Source of the DNA: an uncultured Bacilli bacterium
Lineage (GTDB): Bacteria > Bacillota_I > Bacilli_A > RFN20 > CAG-826
Length of the DNA stretch: 64,000 bases
Direction: 5' to 3'
Assembly (NCBI GenBank): GCA_944358895.1
Contig: CALVSB010000003.1
Coordinates: 22,868 to 86,867 of the forward strand
The notes under the pieces were generated by a model. The model did not search any database. It was not told where the DNA came from and was given only the letters and a program-made list of their open reading frames with translations. Positions 32,776 through 41,488 of the stretch are shown here, in pieces. Each line of letters opens with the position of its first letter. Within the stretch, counting starts at the first letter, position 1. The translations under genes were made by a program, and so were the position numbers.

Positions 32776-34051
32776 GGAACAAATAGCCGTCTTCCTTCAC
32801 TTCGAAGGGGTCGGAATAGAAAGCCTTGACAAAAGCGGCCATCGCGTCGATATCCTTCACCGCGCATAGCTCGTAGGACGAGTGCATGGCCAGCTGCGGG
32901 ATCCCGATGTCCGCGGTAAGAAGCGGCACTTCGGCCGTCGATAGATTCCCTAAGGTCGATCCGCCCCGGAGGTCGCTCCGGTTGGTGAACTCCTGATAGG
33001 GAATCTTTTCCTTTTGGGCCAGGGCTTTCAGTAGAGCCGAGGAGAAGGCGTTGGTCGTGTAGGTCTCGGAGGCCGCGCTCTTGATGGCAATCCCCTTCCC
33101 CAAGATGACCCGGCTCGTCGGATCGGCCAATTGGGCGTAGTTAGGGTGGGTCGCATGGGCATTGTCGATGCTTAAGGCGAAGGAAGAGGCCACCGCTGAA
33201 CGGTAGTCAAAGCCAAGCGAAGAGGCAATCCGCTTCAAGGTGTCCTGGAGGAAGGTCGATGCCGCCCCCTGGCGGGTCAAAGAGCCGACTTCCTCGTTAT
33301 CCGCGGCATAGTAGACCTGGATTTCCCCTTCCTTCCGAGCCTCGAGGAAGGAAAAGAAGGAAGAATAGGCCGAGGCGAGGTCATCGAGGCGGGGAGAAAG
33401 CAAAAACTCGTCGTTCAGGCCGCTTTTGCAGGGTTTTAGGCGGCTGGCCAAGAACAAATCGAAGCTGAGGACGTCTTCTTTCTTGACCCCGAGTTCCTTC
33501 CCGAGGAAAGCCTCGAAATCGACCCGCCCGAGGGAAAGGAGTGGGAAGGTCTCGCCCTTCCGGTCGAAGTGGGCGCTCTCGTTCACCCCGCGGTTGAGAT
33601 GGATGGCGAGGGAGGGAATGGATAGAAGGTCGCGGTCGACATAGAGGAGCTTTGAAGAGACTTTGTTCCCGTCTCTCACCATGACCCGGCCGGCGATCGT
33701 AAGAGGCCGGTCGAACCACGAATAGTCGATGAGTCCCCCGTAGGGCTCAACGTCGAGGACGGTCCCTTCTTCCTTCTCGATGACCGGATGGGGCTTGAGC
33801 TTCCAGGTCGGGCTGTCGAGATGGACCATCGATAGGCGGAAGGCCGCCTTTTTCTTTTCGGGCAGGTAAAAAGCGATGAGTGAGGAGCCGTTCCTCGTGT
33901 AGAAATAGCCCTGCCCTTCCTTGAGGAGCGGGACTTCGCGCTCGCTCAGTTCCTCGTAGCCTTCCATGAGGAGACGCTCTTTAAGAAGAGAGGTCGCGTG
34001 GAAGGGCGAAGGAGAAGCAGCGAGCCATTCGATGACGTTATCGGAAACCAT
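32768..34051 (-). CDS. M18 family aminopeptidase
   Basis: SPSPFHA, MVHLDSPTWKLKP, DNEEVGS, ADIGIPQLAMHS. Confidence 0.8.
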   Translation of the reverse strand: MVSDNVIEWLAASPSPFHATSLLKERLLMEGYEELSEREVPLLKEGQGYFYTRNGSSLIAFYLPEKKKAAFRLSMVHLDSPTWKLKPHPVIEKEEGTVLDVEPYGGLIDYSWFDRPLTIAGRVMVRDGNKVSSKLLYVDRDLLSIPSLAIHLNRGVNESAHFDRKGETFPLLSLGRVDFEAFLGKELGVKKEDVLSFDLFLASRLKPCKSGLNDEFLLSPRLDDLASAYSSFFSFLEARKEGEIQVYYAADNEEVGSLTRQGAASTFLQDTLKRIASSLGFDYRSAVASSFALSIDNAHATHPNYAQLADPTSRVILGKGIAIKSAASETYTTNAFSSALLKALAQKEKIPYQEFTNRSDLRGGSTLGNLSTAEVPLLTADIGIPQLAMHSSYELCAVKDIDAMAAFVKAFYSDPFEVKEDGYLFLS

Positions 34052-34091
34052 GTTAATTACCTCGAGGCAATGCTAGGCCTTGCCCGCAGAT

Positions 34092-34124
34092 AAGAAAAGC
34101 CCCCAGCGTGTCCAAGCCGGGGGC
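34092..34124 (-). terminator. Intrinsic terminator after the large lipoprotein gene
   Basis: Minus strand GCCCCCGG-10 nt-CUGGGGGC then UUUUCUUAU (plus-strand arms 34099-34106 and 34117-34124). Confidence 0.7.
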
Positions 34125-34138
34125 AAGAGGAATGTAGT

Positions 34139-36637
34139 TTAGGCCTTGTAGAGCATGAGCCACCCGCCATCCGGGATCCCGAGGGTGAAGAAGGGGTCGC
34201 CGGAATAGGAGACGTAGCCGATGTCGTAGCTAACGCCTCCGACCGTCAAGGTGTACTCGTCCGTCCCGACGGCGACGAAGGCTTCGGCCGCCGTCCCGTC
34301 GTAGATGATCGTCCCCTCCGCGGTGAACTCGAGGGTGTGAGAGCCGTCTTTCGTCGCCCATTGGCCGATGAATTCTTCGGGGAATTCGAAGGTCGGGGCG
34401 GCCTCCGGGGTCTCTTGGAGGGTCAGCACGACGTCGATGTCGTAATTCTCGTCGTAGAGGCGGATCGTGCCCTTGGCTTCCGAGTACTCGAGGGTGTATT
34501 CGAGGCCTTCAAGCGTCGTCGTGGCCTTCATGTTGATGAAAACCTGCCGGAACTCAAGCGGTTCCTCGAAGGCTTTTCCGTCGAGGGTGGCCGTCGCATC
34601 GGCATTGATCACGAGGGTGTGGCTAAGGCCGCTATCTTCGTCGACCCCGGTCCAGGTTCCGACGTATTTCGGATCGATGGCCGGTTCGACCGGCTCTTCG
34701 ACGGCCTTCTGGAGGTCGACGTAGAGGGCGCCGGTTTCGTCGGTCAGGCGGAAGGTTCCGGTCCCGGGGCGGTAAGTGAGGAGGTAGACATTCTCCCCGA
34801 CCGTCGCTTCGACGCGGTAGCCGCCGGGCGGGGCCACCGTTTCTTCCCAAGCCCCGAGGACGGCTTCGACCCCGTTGATGGTGATCTTGCCGTCTTCGGT
34901 CACGACCACCTTGTAAGGGTCGCCGGTTCCTTCGTCGTTTCCTTCCCAGGAGCCGACGATTTCCGCCGGCATCGCGACTGGCGCCTCGATCTTGAGATTC
35001 GCGTAGACATCGTCGTTCGAGAGGTTTATCTGCTCGGGGCCGTAGCTATCCGCCGGCATGTAGGTCAGATCGTAGGAGGCGGCCCCGACCTTGAGGGTTC
35101 CGTGGTAGTCGCCCCAGTCGTCGACGGTGAGGCCGAGGAGCTCGGCCGCTTCCCCGTTCAGGGTGATGCCGTCGTCCCCGATGACGAGGGTATAGGCATC
35201 GAGGGTGTAGGTGTCGACCCCCGTCCAGGTATTCTTCATCGCCTCCGGCATCGGGACGGTCGGGATGGTGAACGTATAGTCGATGGTCGCCGTGTCGAAG
35301 TCGACGATGTCGACGCTGACACGCTCGCTATAGAAGGTGCCGGCCGTGTCGAACATCCGCGTCGTGTAGGCAAAGTTGTCGACTTTTCCCGCCTCGTCGA
35401 GGTGGATGGTCAAATCCTTGACCGAGCCGTAATAGGCGAGGAAGGCAACGACACTTTCGTCCTCGAGGAAGAGGGAGGCCGCGCTAAGGGAAGAAGGGCC
35501 ATCCCGGTAGACATAGGTTCCTGCCTCGTCGGTCGGGACGAACATTTCCGGAGCCACGATGTTCGGGAAAGGCATCGGGTAGTATTCCCCGTCGTAGGCC
35601 TCGCCTCTGACCGGTTCCCCGTCAACGATCTCGAACTCGTAGTACTTGCCGTCGTCATAGAGGGCATAGCCCCAGTCGTTGATGCTCGTGATGCCGCCGT
35701 CATTGGCAAAGAGGGTGGCATTGTAGGTGACGGTGCTCCGGCTATGGGCCACTTCGATGTCGTCCCGGCCAAGCGGGGTCATCGTCTTCTCGTAGACGAA
35801 GCCGGTGGTGTCGCTAGGCCCGGAAAGGGCCAAAGTCCACGTATCGAGGGCTTTGCCGATGGCGTCATGGTACGCTTCGGTTTCGAAGGGGGCAGGTACT
35901 TCCCGGTCCCCGGTCGTGACCGCGAGCTCGAGTTTCATCTCCATCGGGTCGCCTCGTTCGTCGGTCGCCCCGAGGGTAATGCTCAAGGTATCGCCGAGCC
36001 GGGCGACCGTCGCCGTATCGAAGGTCCCGACCGCGTAGTGCATGAGGGGAATCGAGAAAGCCTGGACCTTGGCCGCGGAGACCGCATAGCCGTTCTCCCC
36101 AAGGGTCAAATCGGCGGCTTCGAGCTTGCCGAAGGGATTGTAGAAATAAGTGTCCCACGGGGCTTCGACCGTCTGGCTTTCGTTGACGTAAAGGGGTGAG
36201 GACAGGATCTTGTTGTCGACGTCCCGCATGTAGGCGGTCGTCGTCCCGTCTTCGTCTTTCCGGTAAAGATCGGCCGCGTAATAGATCCCGTATTCGTCGT
36301 AGTCGTAGAAATCAAGGGAGCTCGGGCCGAGGAAAATCTCGATGTTCGTCGTGACCCCGTAGCTAGTAAGCGTCCCCTTCCCTTCGAATGAGGACGAGGC
36401 GAGCGTCGCGAGGTAAGCCTCGTCGATGGCCGTCGCCGGAAGAGGCGGCTCGCTTACAGAAGAAGAGGAAGAAGATTCGCTTGAGGAACTGCTTCCAGGG
36501 ATTTCCCCTTGGCTCGAGGAAGAACCGGTCTCCTCTGCAGCCGAGGATGATGGCAGGCTCGAGGTCGTGGTACCACCGCAGCTACCGAGCAAAAAAGCGG
36601 CTCCGATCAAGGGGAGCGCTAGGGTCTTTCGTTTCAT
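34139..36637 (-). CDS. Large surface lipoprotein (832 aa) with four ~85-aa C-terminal repeats
   Basis: Start at the ATG at 36637 behind AGGAGGG. MKRKTLALPLIGAAFLLGSCGG lipobox, Ser-rich linker. Repeated module G-x-W-x-G..D....L.I..DG.I.L.G (e.g. TINGVEAVL, TLNGEAAEL, TLDGKAFEE, IIYDGTAAE). Confidence 0.65.
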   Translation of the reverse strand: MKRKTLALPLIGAAFLLGSCGGTTTSSLPSSSAAEETGSSSSQGEIPGSSSSSESSSSSSVSEPPLPATAIDEAYLATLASSSFEGKGTLTSYGVTTNIEIFLGPSSLDFYDYDEYGIYYAADLYRKDEDGTTTAYMRDVDNKILSSPLYVNESQTVEAPWDTYFYNPFGKLEAADLTLGENGYAVSAAKVQAFSIPLMHYAVGTFDTATVARLGDTLSITLGATDERGDPMEMKLELAVTTGDREVPAPFETEAYHDAIGKALDTWTLALSGPSDTTGFVYEKTMTPLGRDDIEVAHSRSTVTYNATLFANDGGITSINDWGYALYDDGKYYEFEIVDGEPVRGEAYDGEYYPMPFPNIVAPEMFVPTDEAGTYVYRDGPSSLSAASLFLEDESVVAFLAYYGSVKDLTIHLDEAGKVDNFAYTTRMFDTAGTFYSERVSVDIVDFDTATIDYTFTIPTVPMPEAMKNTWTGVDTYTLDAYTLVIGDDGITLNGEAAELLGLTVDDWGDYHGTLKVGAASYDLTYMPADSYGPEQINLSNDDVYANLKIEAPVAMPAEIVGSWEGNDEGTGDPYKVVVTEDGKITINGVEAVLGAWEETVAPPGGYRVEATVGENVYLLTYRPGTGTFRLTDETGALYVDLQKAVEEPVEPAIDPKYVGTWTGVDEDSGLSHTLVINADATATLDGKAFEEPLEFRQVFINMKATTTLEGLEYTLEYSEAKGTIRLYDENYDIDVVLTLQETPEAAPTFEFPEEFIGQWATKDGSHTLEFTAEGTIIYDGTAAEAFVAVGTDEYTLTVGGVSYDIGYVSYSGDPFFTLGIPDGGWLMLYKA

Positions 36638-36808
36638 GGACAACCCTCCTTTGCCCGGAAAGATACATGAGTTCAGCAAATTGGCAAGCATTAGTTTGTT
36701 ATAGAAACGAATCGTCAACGAAAGCGGCCATCCAAGAAGCAGCTGATAACTAACTGTCAAAATGGAAAAACATTCGGCCTTGCCTAGCCAAACGGCTATT
36801 CGCTTTTT

Positions 36809-37948
36809 TTACTCGTCTGCATCGAAAGTCGATGAAAGGTACATCTTCTCAATATCATTAACTTCCATGATGTTGGGATAGATATCGGATAGCCGGCGAT
36901 ACGAGGAATAGCCCTTAGACCAAGAAGCAAAGTAAATCTGGTCGGGCCGGAGTTCTTTCATCGCAAAGGTGTTATGCATCTCCATGACGACCTGGATGCC
37001 CCTGCCCCGAATGGCTTTGAGGAACCCTTTGATTGAGGATGGGGGCAGGCCTAGATCGGCTCCGTCGACGAAGAAGACGGCTCCCGATGGGAGAGATAAA
37101 AGAAGGGCAAGAATCAGGCTTTGGCTCTTCATTCCAAGGGAAATCTCCGCAAAAGGGAGCTTTCCTTCAAAATTTCCGTCCTCGAGGACAACGTAATACT
37201 GCTCTTCAAGAGGACCATTGGTCATGACCGATGGATCTTTCTTAACCATGAAAGACGGCATATCGGAATAACCATCGAGGGCCTTTTTCACTTCTTCCGG
37301 GCGGCTGGCCAAGAGGTCCATCAGGTTCGCGTTTAGGAAATAGCCGGATGTCAGGAAGTTCCCATGAGCGACCGACGAAACGTCAGCATAGGCAAAAGAA
37401 CGGAAAAAGCGGAAGGTATCCTGAATGATTTCGTCAGTCACTTCCCTCGAGGCGAGAACTCGAAGAAGAGGGACGAGGCTAGACCTCGTCTCCTCAATGT
37501 CATAACGAGATCCTTTGAGAAGGTCTTTCCCTTCATGGCTTTCCAAATAAGTTTCTCCGTCGATTTTCAGATATTCCTCGGAAATACCGCCATCGGCTCT
37601 CGTCTCGAGAAAATAGTCGCGTCTCCGTCCATCGATGTCGAAAAATAACTCGATGCTCCCCTCGATCAGACAATGGTCCGAGCGGCCATCTGAAATATAT
37701 TGGTTGACCGAAAACCAGTTTGCCGGAAAGGGAGAAAGGATCTCGGGCGGAAGACACATAAGGCTGATAAAAGAACGCACGGCCTTAAGAAGAGAGCTCT
37801 TGCCGCTGCCGTTGGGCCCATAGAGAGCAATTGGATTCACGACCGGGCCCAAAAGATTCTCTTTCAGGTAGCGGTACTCACCCTTAGTCAAATCCAGTTC
37901 GCAGCAGCCGATCGAATTGACATTCCGGATAACAATCTTTTTCAGCAT
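36809..37948 (-). CDS. AAA_21/ABC-like ATPase (orphan, defence-island type)
   Basis: IRNVNSIG..LDL..NPIALYGPNGSGKSSLLKAV (Walker A). VFFVDGADLGLPPSS corresponds to hhhhDEPE..LHP. QVVMEMHNTF corresponds to the tTHs motif. AT-rich gene. Confidence 0.6.
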   Translation of the reverse strand: MLKKIVIRNVNSIGCCELDLTKGEYRYLKENLLGPVVNPIALYGPNGSGKSSLLKAVRSFISLMCLPPEILSPFPANWFSVNQYISDGRSDHCLIEGSIELFFDIDGRRRDYFLETRADGGISEEYLKIDGETYLESHEGKDLLKGSRYDIEETRSSLVPLLRVLASREVTDEIIQDTFRFFRSFAYADVSSVAHGNFLTSGYFLNANLMDLLASRPEEVKKALDGYSDMPSFMVKKDPSVMTNGPLEEQYYVVLEDGNFEGKLPFAEISLGMKSQSLILALLLSLPSGAVFFVDGADLGLPPSSIKGFLKAIRGRGIQVVMEMHNTFAMKELRPDQIYFASWSKGYSSYRRLSDIYPNIMEVNDIEKMYLSSTFDADE

Positions 37949-38003
37949 GAGCCTTCCTCGAACAAACGTATTTTAAAGGTATGATCCTTCACTGGGGATA
38001 TTG

Positions 38004-38039
38004 AAAAAAAAGACCCGGCAACCGTCATGGCTCCGGGTC
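38004..38039 (-). terminator. Intrinsic terminator after the lipoprotein gene
   Basis: Minus strand GACCCGG-14 nt-CCGGGUC followed by UUUUUUUU (plus-strand arms 38012-38018 and 38033-38039). Confidence 0.7.
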
Positions 38040-38056
38040 CTTCATTCGCTCAACAA

Positions 38057-38809
38057 CTAGGCGTTAGCCGCCGCTTTGCTCACGACGATCCGCCCAAGGG
38101 CCAAATTGCACCCCTGGCCGTTGAATTCGATCTTGTCGTCCATCCGGACCAGAATCCGGCTGGCCCCGTCGGCATCGAGATAAGCCACGATCGGCTCGGA
38201 TGAGAAATCGGAGGTATAAGGCGGGATCTCGGGAAGGGCTTTGTTCGTGACATCCTCATCGGTCACCGTGTGGCTATAGCTATAGGTATCGACCGGGTCC
38301 GAGACCGAGAACCCATCCTCGTCGATGCTGTAGGCAATGGTCGAGAGGCTGAAGGCGAAAGTTTCCCCAACCGCGGCCACGGTGAGGTTGTTCAAGTTGG
38401 TGACGTGGCAATAGAGTTCCACTTTTACTTCCCCGGATAGTCCCTCGATGTCGGGAGTCCGCATGTAGCCTTCAGGGTCGATGAGGTTCAGGTAGTTGCT
38501 CCCGAATTTCGAATTGACCGTCGAATAGCCTTCTTCGAAGAAGGCCAGTTCGTTGCCCTCGTACCCGGCGAAGGACTTTTCGAAGAGGGTCTCCCATTCC
38601 CCGTCGGCATCCTCAAGGGAGGAAGAGGAAGCGCTCCCGAGGGAATCGCTGTCGGTAATCCCTTCTGAGGAGGAACTGCCCTCGAGGGAGGAAGAGGAGG
38701 CCGGAATCTCAACCTCTATTTCCGAAGAAGAGGAAAGGGAAGAAGCAAGGGGCGAGGAGCAGGAAGCGAGCAAGGCTAGGGCAAGCGGGAACAAACATTT
38801 CTTTGTCAT
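38057..38809 (-). CDS. Lipoprotein, unknown function
   Basis: Start at the ATG at 38809 (MTKKCLFPLALALLASCSS lipobox), Ser-rich linker. No Shine-Dalgarno; TATAGT lies 6 nt before the ATG. Confidence 0.55.
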   Translation of the reverse strand: MTKKCLFPLALALLASCSSPLASSLSSSSEIEVEIPASSSSLEGSSSSEGITDSDSLGSASSSSLEDADGEWETLFEKSFAGYEGNELAFFEEGYSTVNSKFGSNYLNLIDPEGYMRTPDIEGLSGEVKVELYCHVTNLNNLTVAAVGETFAFSLSTIAYSIDEDGFSVSDPVDTYSYSHTVTDEDVTNKALPEIPPYTSDFSSEPIVAYLDADGASRILVRMDDKIEFNGQGCNLALGRIVVSKAAANA

Positions 38810-38829
38810 GGCCAAACTATACACGAAAA

Positions 38830-39200
38830 GGAGGGGCGTGCGGGGGTTTCTCCGGGTGGCCGCCCTTACCTTATAGCTGCCCCCAAGGATGCAATGCCAT
38901 CCGCGGAGGGTTAATTGTTAGCTTCCCAATGGCCTATGCCGGCCACCTTGCTCCTTTTTTCCAGGTAGCCGCCCGGGAACGGGAGAGCCTAGAGTCAACC
39001 GCTTGGTCCTGGAAAAGAAAACAGGCCGGATGGGGAATCAGCCTTAGATATGCCCTGCCCTGTCGGTTTCGATGCATTGCACGCCCCTCCAGGGTTACTC
39101 GGAACTCTTGAAGAAAAAATATCTTCGGTCTTTTCAACCCTCTATGCATTTCTGGTTTCCTTTCTTCCGGCCGCCCATTGAAAGCAGACCAGTGACAGGA
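38830..39200. ncRNA. Candidate structured RNA or degraded element (unclassified, strand unresolved)
   Basis: GC-rich noncoding stretch with nested complementarity: GGTGGCCG 38855-38862 / CGGCCACC 38940-38947; GGATG 38887-38891 / CATCC 38898-38902; CCAGG 38961-38965 / CCTGG 39008-39012; CCCG-GGAA-CGGG 38972-38983; ACAGG 39021-39025 / CCTGT 39059-39063. Confidence 0.3.
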
Positions 39201-39201
39201 T

Positions 39202-40056
39202 TCAGAGGCCGTCATCGTTAAAAACAACATCCAATAAGGCCAGAATGGAAGAAATCGTTTCTCCAAAGCCAACATCGAACGCAAAGCTGTTCCTTTTGCG
39301 GTATAAGTCCCACCTCTTAGCCATCTCGGCATCGCATTTGATCTTTTGCGCGATAGCGTAGGCCTCGTTTCTGTCAATTGCAGTGCCCCTGTAATCGCAC
39401 GTGCGAAAAAACGCCTTTCTCAGAATCGAGGAATCGATATCCCCCCATCTCAGCTTATGAATGATGTATATGTCGTAAAAATCCTTGCTCCGACTGTTCG
39501 CGATTCCCCTAAACAAAACGGTTTGGAGTTTCTCCGCGAGTATCGTTTCGAAGTTATAGGCCCTCAAATGAAAGACCGTGTCCTCGAAAAGGGATTTGTA
39601 TTGATAATCGACCGCTTCCGGCGTAATCGGATCGCCGGTGGCGATATCGATGCTGACCGCTTCTTTAATGTTTTCCAATCCTGCCGAAAGTCTGACATTG
39701 AATCCGCCGTATTCATCGTCTCGCCTGATTTCATCGATGCCGCACAACTCGAAACGCACGTCGTCGCCTCCATTGGCGGAAACGACTTCCCTGAATACGC
39801 CCGCTATGTTTTTTCGTTCCAACTTGACTTTCTGGGCCAAGATGTCGATGTCCATGGTCGATCGGAGTCGTATCCCCAGGCACGTCGAAAGTAAAAATCC
39901 GCCTTTGAAAACAAAACGGTCCGCGTATTTGGAAAGCGAAAGGCGCTTTAGGAAAGCCTCAAAGAAAAAGGATTTCAAAAGGATGTTCTGATGTACGCCC
40001 GTTTCCTGGGAAAGCCTGTTGATTCTTGACTGGAGGGAAGCCTTGTTAATCGCCAT
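39202..40056 (-). CDS. abiEii: AbiEii/AbiGii-family nucleotidyltransferase toxin (type IV TA)
   Basis: LQSRINRLSQETGVHQNILLKSFFFEAFLKRLSLSKYADRFVFKGGFLL..RSTMDIDIL. 11-nt overlap with the upstream antitoxin gene. Confidence 0.85.
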   Translation of the reverse strand: MAINKASLQSRINRLSQETGVHQNILLKSFFFEAFLKRLSLSKYADRFVFKGGFLLSTCLGIRLRSTMDIDILAQKVKLERKNIAGVFREVVSANGGDDVRFELCGIDEIRRDDEYGGFNVRLSAGLENIKEAVSIDIATGDPITPEAVDYQYKSLFEDTVFHLRAYNFETILAEKLQTVLFRGIANSRSKDFYDIYIIHKLRWGDIDSSILRKAFFRTCDYRGTAIDRNEAYAIAQKIKCDAEMAKRWDLYRKRNSFAFDVGFGETISSILALLDVVFNDDGL

Positions 40057-40651
40057 TGAGCATTACCTCCATTTGTTCTCGCACTTTTCGCTCGATGCCT
40101 AGGGCTCGGGCATAATTCATTAGCTTGTTGATGTTCCTGTCTTTTGATCTCGAATATATGAGCAATGCTTTCGCATAGGTCTCGAATTCCACAATGTCAT
40201 TATGCTTGATAAGGTCGCAGATGGTCTTTTCCTTGTCGTAAACGCTCACCATATTGCCAAGGCTTGTCTTTAGCCTGACCAGGCCAAGCGAATATGATCG
40301 GCCAACCGTGTCGGTGTGCGTGATAATATCGCTCCTTTTTTGGGGGAAGGGCCGGTAATTTATTGGCCCCGTCACCTCCAAATAGTTTGGGATGATGTCG
40401 CCTAGGCCGTGAAGATAGATGGCCGAGCTGAACGAATATACGTATCGGGGGTACGTATATTGGAAAACAAGATAGGGATCGACAATCCAATCCTCGAGGG
40501 CATAGAACCCCCTTGCGATTCGCCTTAGGCCGTGCTTCTTGGAAAATCTCGTCAGGGCGATTGACGGAATCCCCAAGTCGTCGATTTCCTTTCTTGTTAG
40601 ATAACCATTATTGGATTCCAGCAGCCGGTTAATCTTTTGTTCGTTTGTCAT
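40046..40651 (-). CDS. abiEi: AbiEi-family antitoxin / transcriptional regulator (type IV TA)
   Basis: NNGYLTRKEIDDLGIPSIALTRFSKKHGLRRIARGFYAL is the AbiEi N-terminal wHTH pattern. Confidence 0.8.
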   Translation of the reverse strand: MTNEQKINRLLESNNGYLTRKEIDDLGIPSIALTRFSKKHGLRRIARGFYALEDWIVDPYLVFQYTYPRYVYSFSSAIYLHGLGDIIPNYLEVTGPINYRPFPQKRSDIITHTDTVGRSYSLGLVRLKTSLGNMVSVYDKEKTICDLIKHNDIVEFETYAKALLIYSRSKDRNINKLMNYARALGIERKVREQMEVMLNGD

Positions 40652-40663
40652 TGTGTTCCATTT

Positions 40664-40700
40664 CCAACCACAATATACATTCTTATGGTTGTATTTGCAA
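40664..40700 (-). promoter_or_regulatory. Sigma-70-type promoter of abiEi-abiEii with an inverted repeat spanning the -10 box
   Basis: Minus strand TTGCAA (40695-40700), 17 nt, TATATT (40672-40677). Inverted repeat CAACCA 40665-40670 / TGGTTG 40686-40691 brackets the -10. Confidence 0.5.
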
Positions 40701-40812
40701 CGGCAAACCAGGAAAGGGGAGGATAAGTCAAAAACGCTAGCCTTTGGAGAAGTCGCACAGGCATGTTCCCCGAAGATTTGTCAAAGCACCCAGTCTTAAG
40801 GCATCGTTGGGT

Positions 40813-41076
40813 CTAAGGCATATGGAAGGCGAGGTAATCATCTAACGACAAATCGTTCCTTCGATAGGCATGGAAAAGGCCCGAGCACCCTTTCGAGCAA
40901 CAGACGCGTTGTTTCGAGATTTCCATGGCATCCGCATCCCCGTCTTCCTTTTCCGAATCGGTGATGTCGACGCCTTCGACGGAGCCCGCCGCAACGGCGA
41001 TGGCGACTCGGCATTCGCGGCCGTAGATGTAGCGTTCCATCAGTTCGGAACCGAGGCTGACCTTGCGGCAAGCCAT
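40813..41076 (-). pseudogene. Small Cys-containing ORF, possibly the 3' part of a frameshifted gene
   Basis: The 87-aa ORF has no Shine-Dalgarno of its own. An AAGGAGG-cctt-ATG at about 41125-41140 opens a 29-codon ORF (MGPKLKIGILPFVPTRP...) in another frame that runs into it. Confidence 0.25.
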
Positions 41077-41488
41077 GACGGTCTCGTAGGGACGAAGGGC
41101 AAGATGCCAATCTTCAGCTTGGGTCCCATAAGGCCTCCTTGTGAATAGAGAAGGGAATCCATGCCCCCTCGCTCGATGGAAAAGGGAGGGTTTGACAGGG
41201 GCAAGTTGCAGATACGGAAAGATGCGGTCTACCCATTCAACGACAAGCGGCCATAGAGGCCGATGCCAAAAAAGAGGTTATAGATAGATGAAATGGATCT
41301 GGTGGGGTGTGCAAGCTTCCGTGCAAGCATCGGGTTTTCGGTCGGGTCTGAGCCATTGAAAATCCTCGAACAACCCCTTCCGGATTGAAGATCAGGCATT
41401 CGAAAAGGCCAATCGCATCGGCAAAAAAAGAAAAATGCCGGCGCACCCCGGGAATTTCCCGAAATGCTCCAGACATGTCGATTCGATG

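Noticed and set aside
38803-39377. ORFs 38803..39111 (+) and 38934..39377 (-) in the GC-rich noncoding block. A GGGTGGCCGCC word also resembles a T-box core.
   Set aside because: The translations are compositionally non-protein-like, and one overlaps abiEii out of frame. The T-box match lacks the ACC and there is no downstream plus-strand gene. It is reported instead as an unclassified structured segment.
41237-41476. 79-aa ORF directly next to tRNA-Thr; looked for an integrase remnant.
   Set aside because: There are no tyrosine- or serine-recombinase motifs in any frame that I could read. The composition looks noncoding.
36700-41488. Direct repeat of the tRNA-Thr 3' half that would mark the distal att site of the island.
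   Set aside because: Only a weak 9-nt resemblance (AGAGTCAAC near 38990 vs AGAGTCGAAC) was seen, too short to be meaningful. A proper search is needed.
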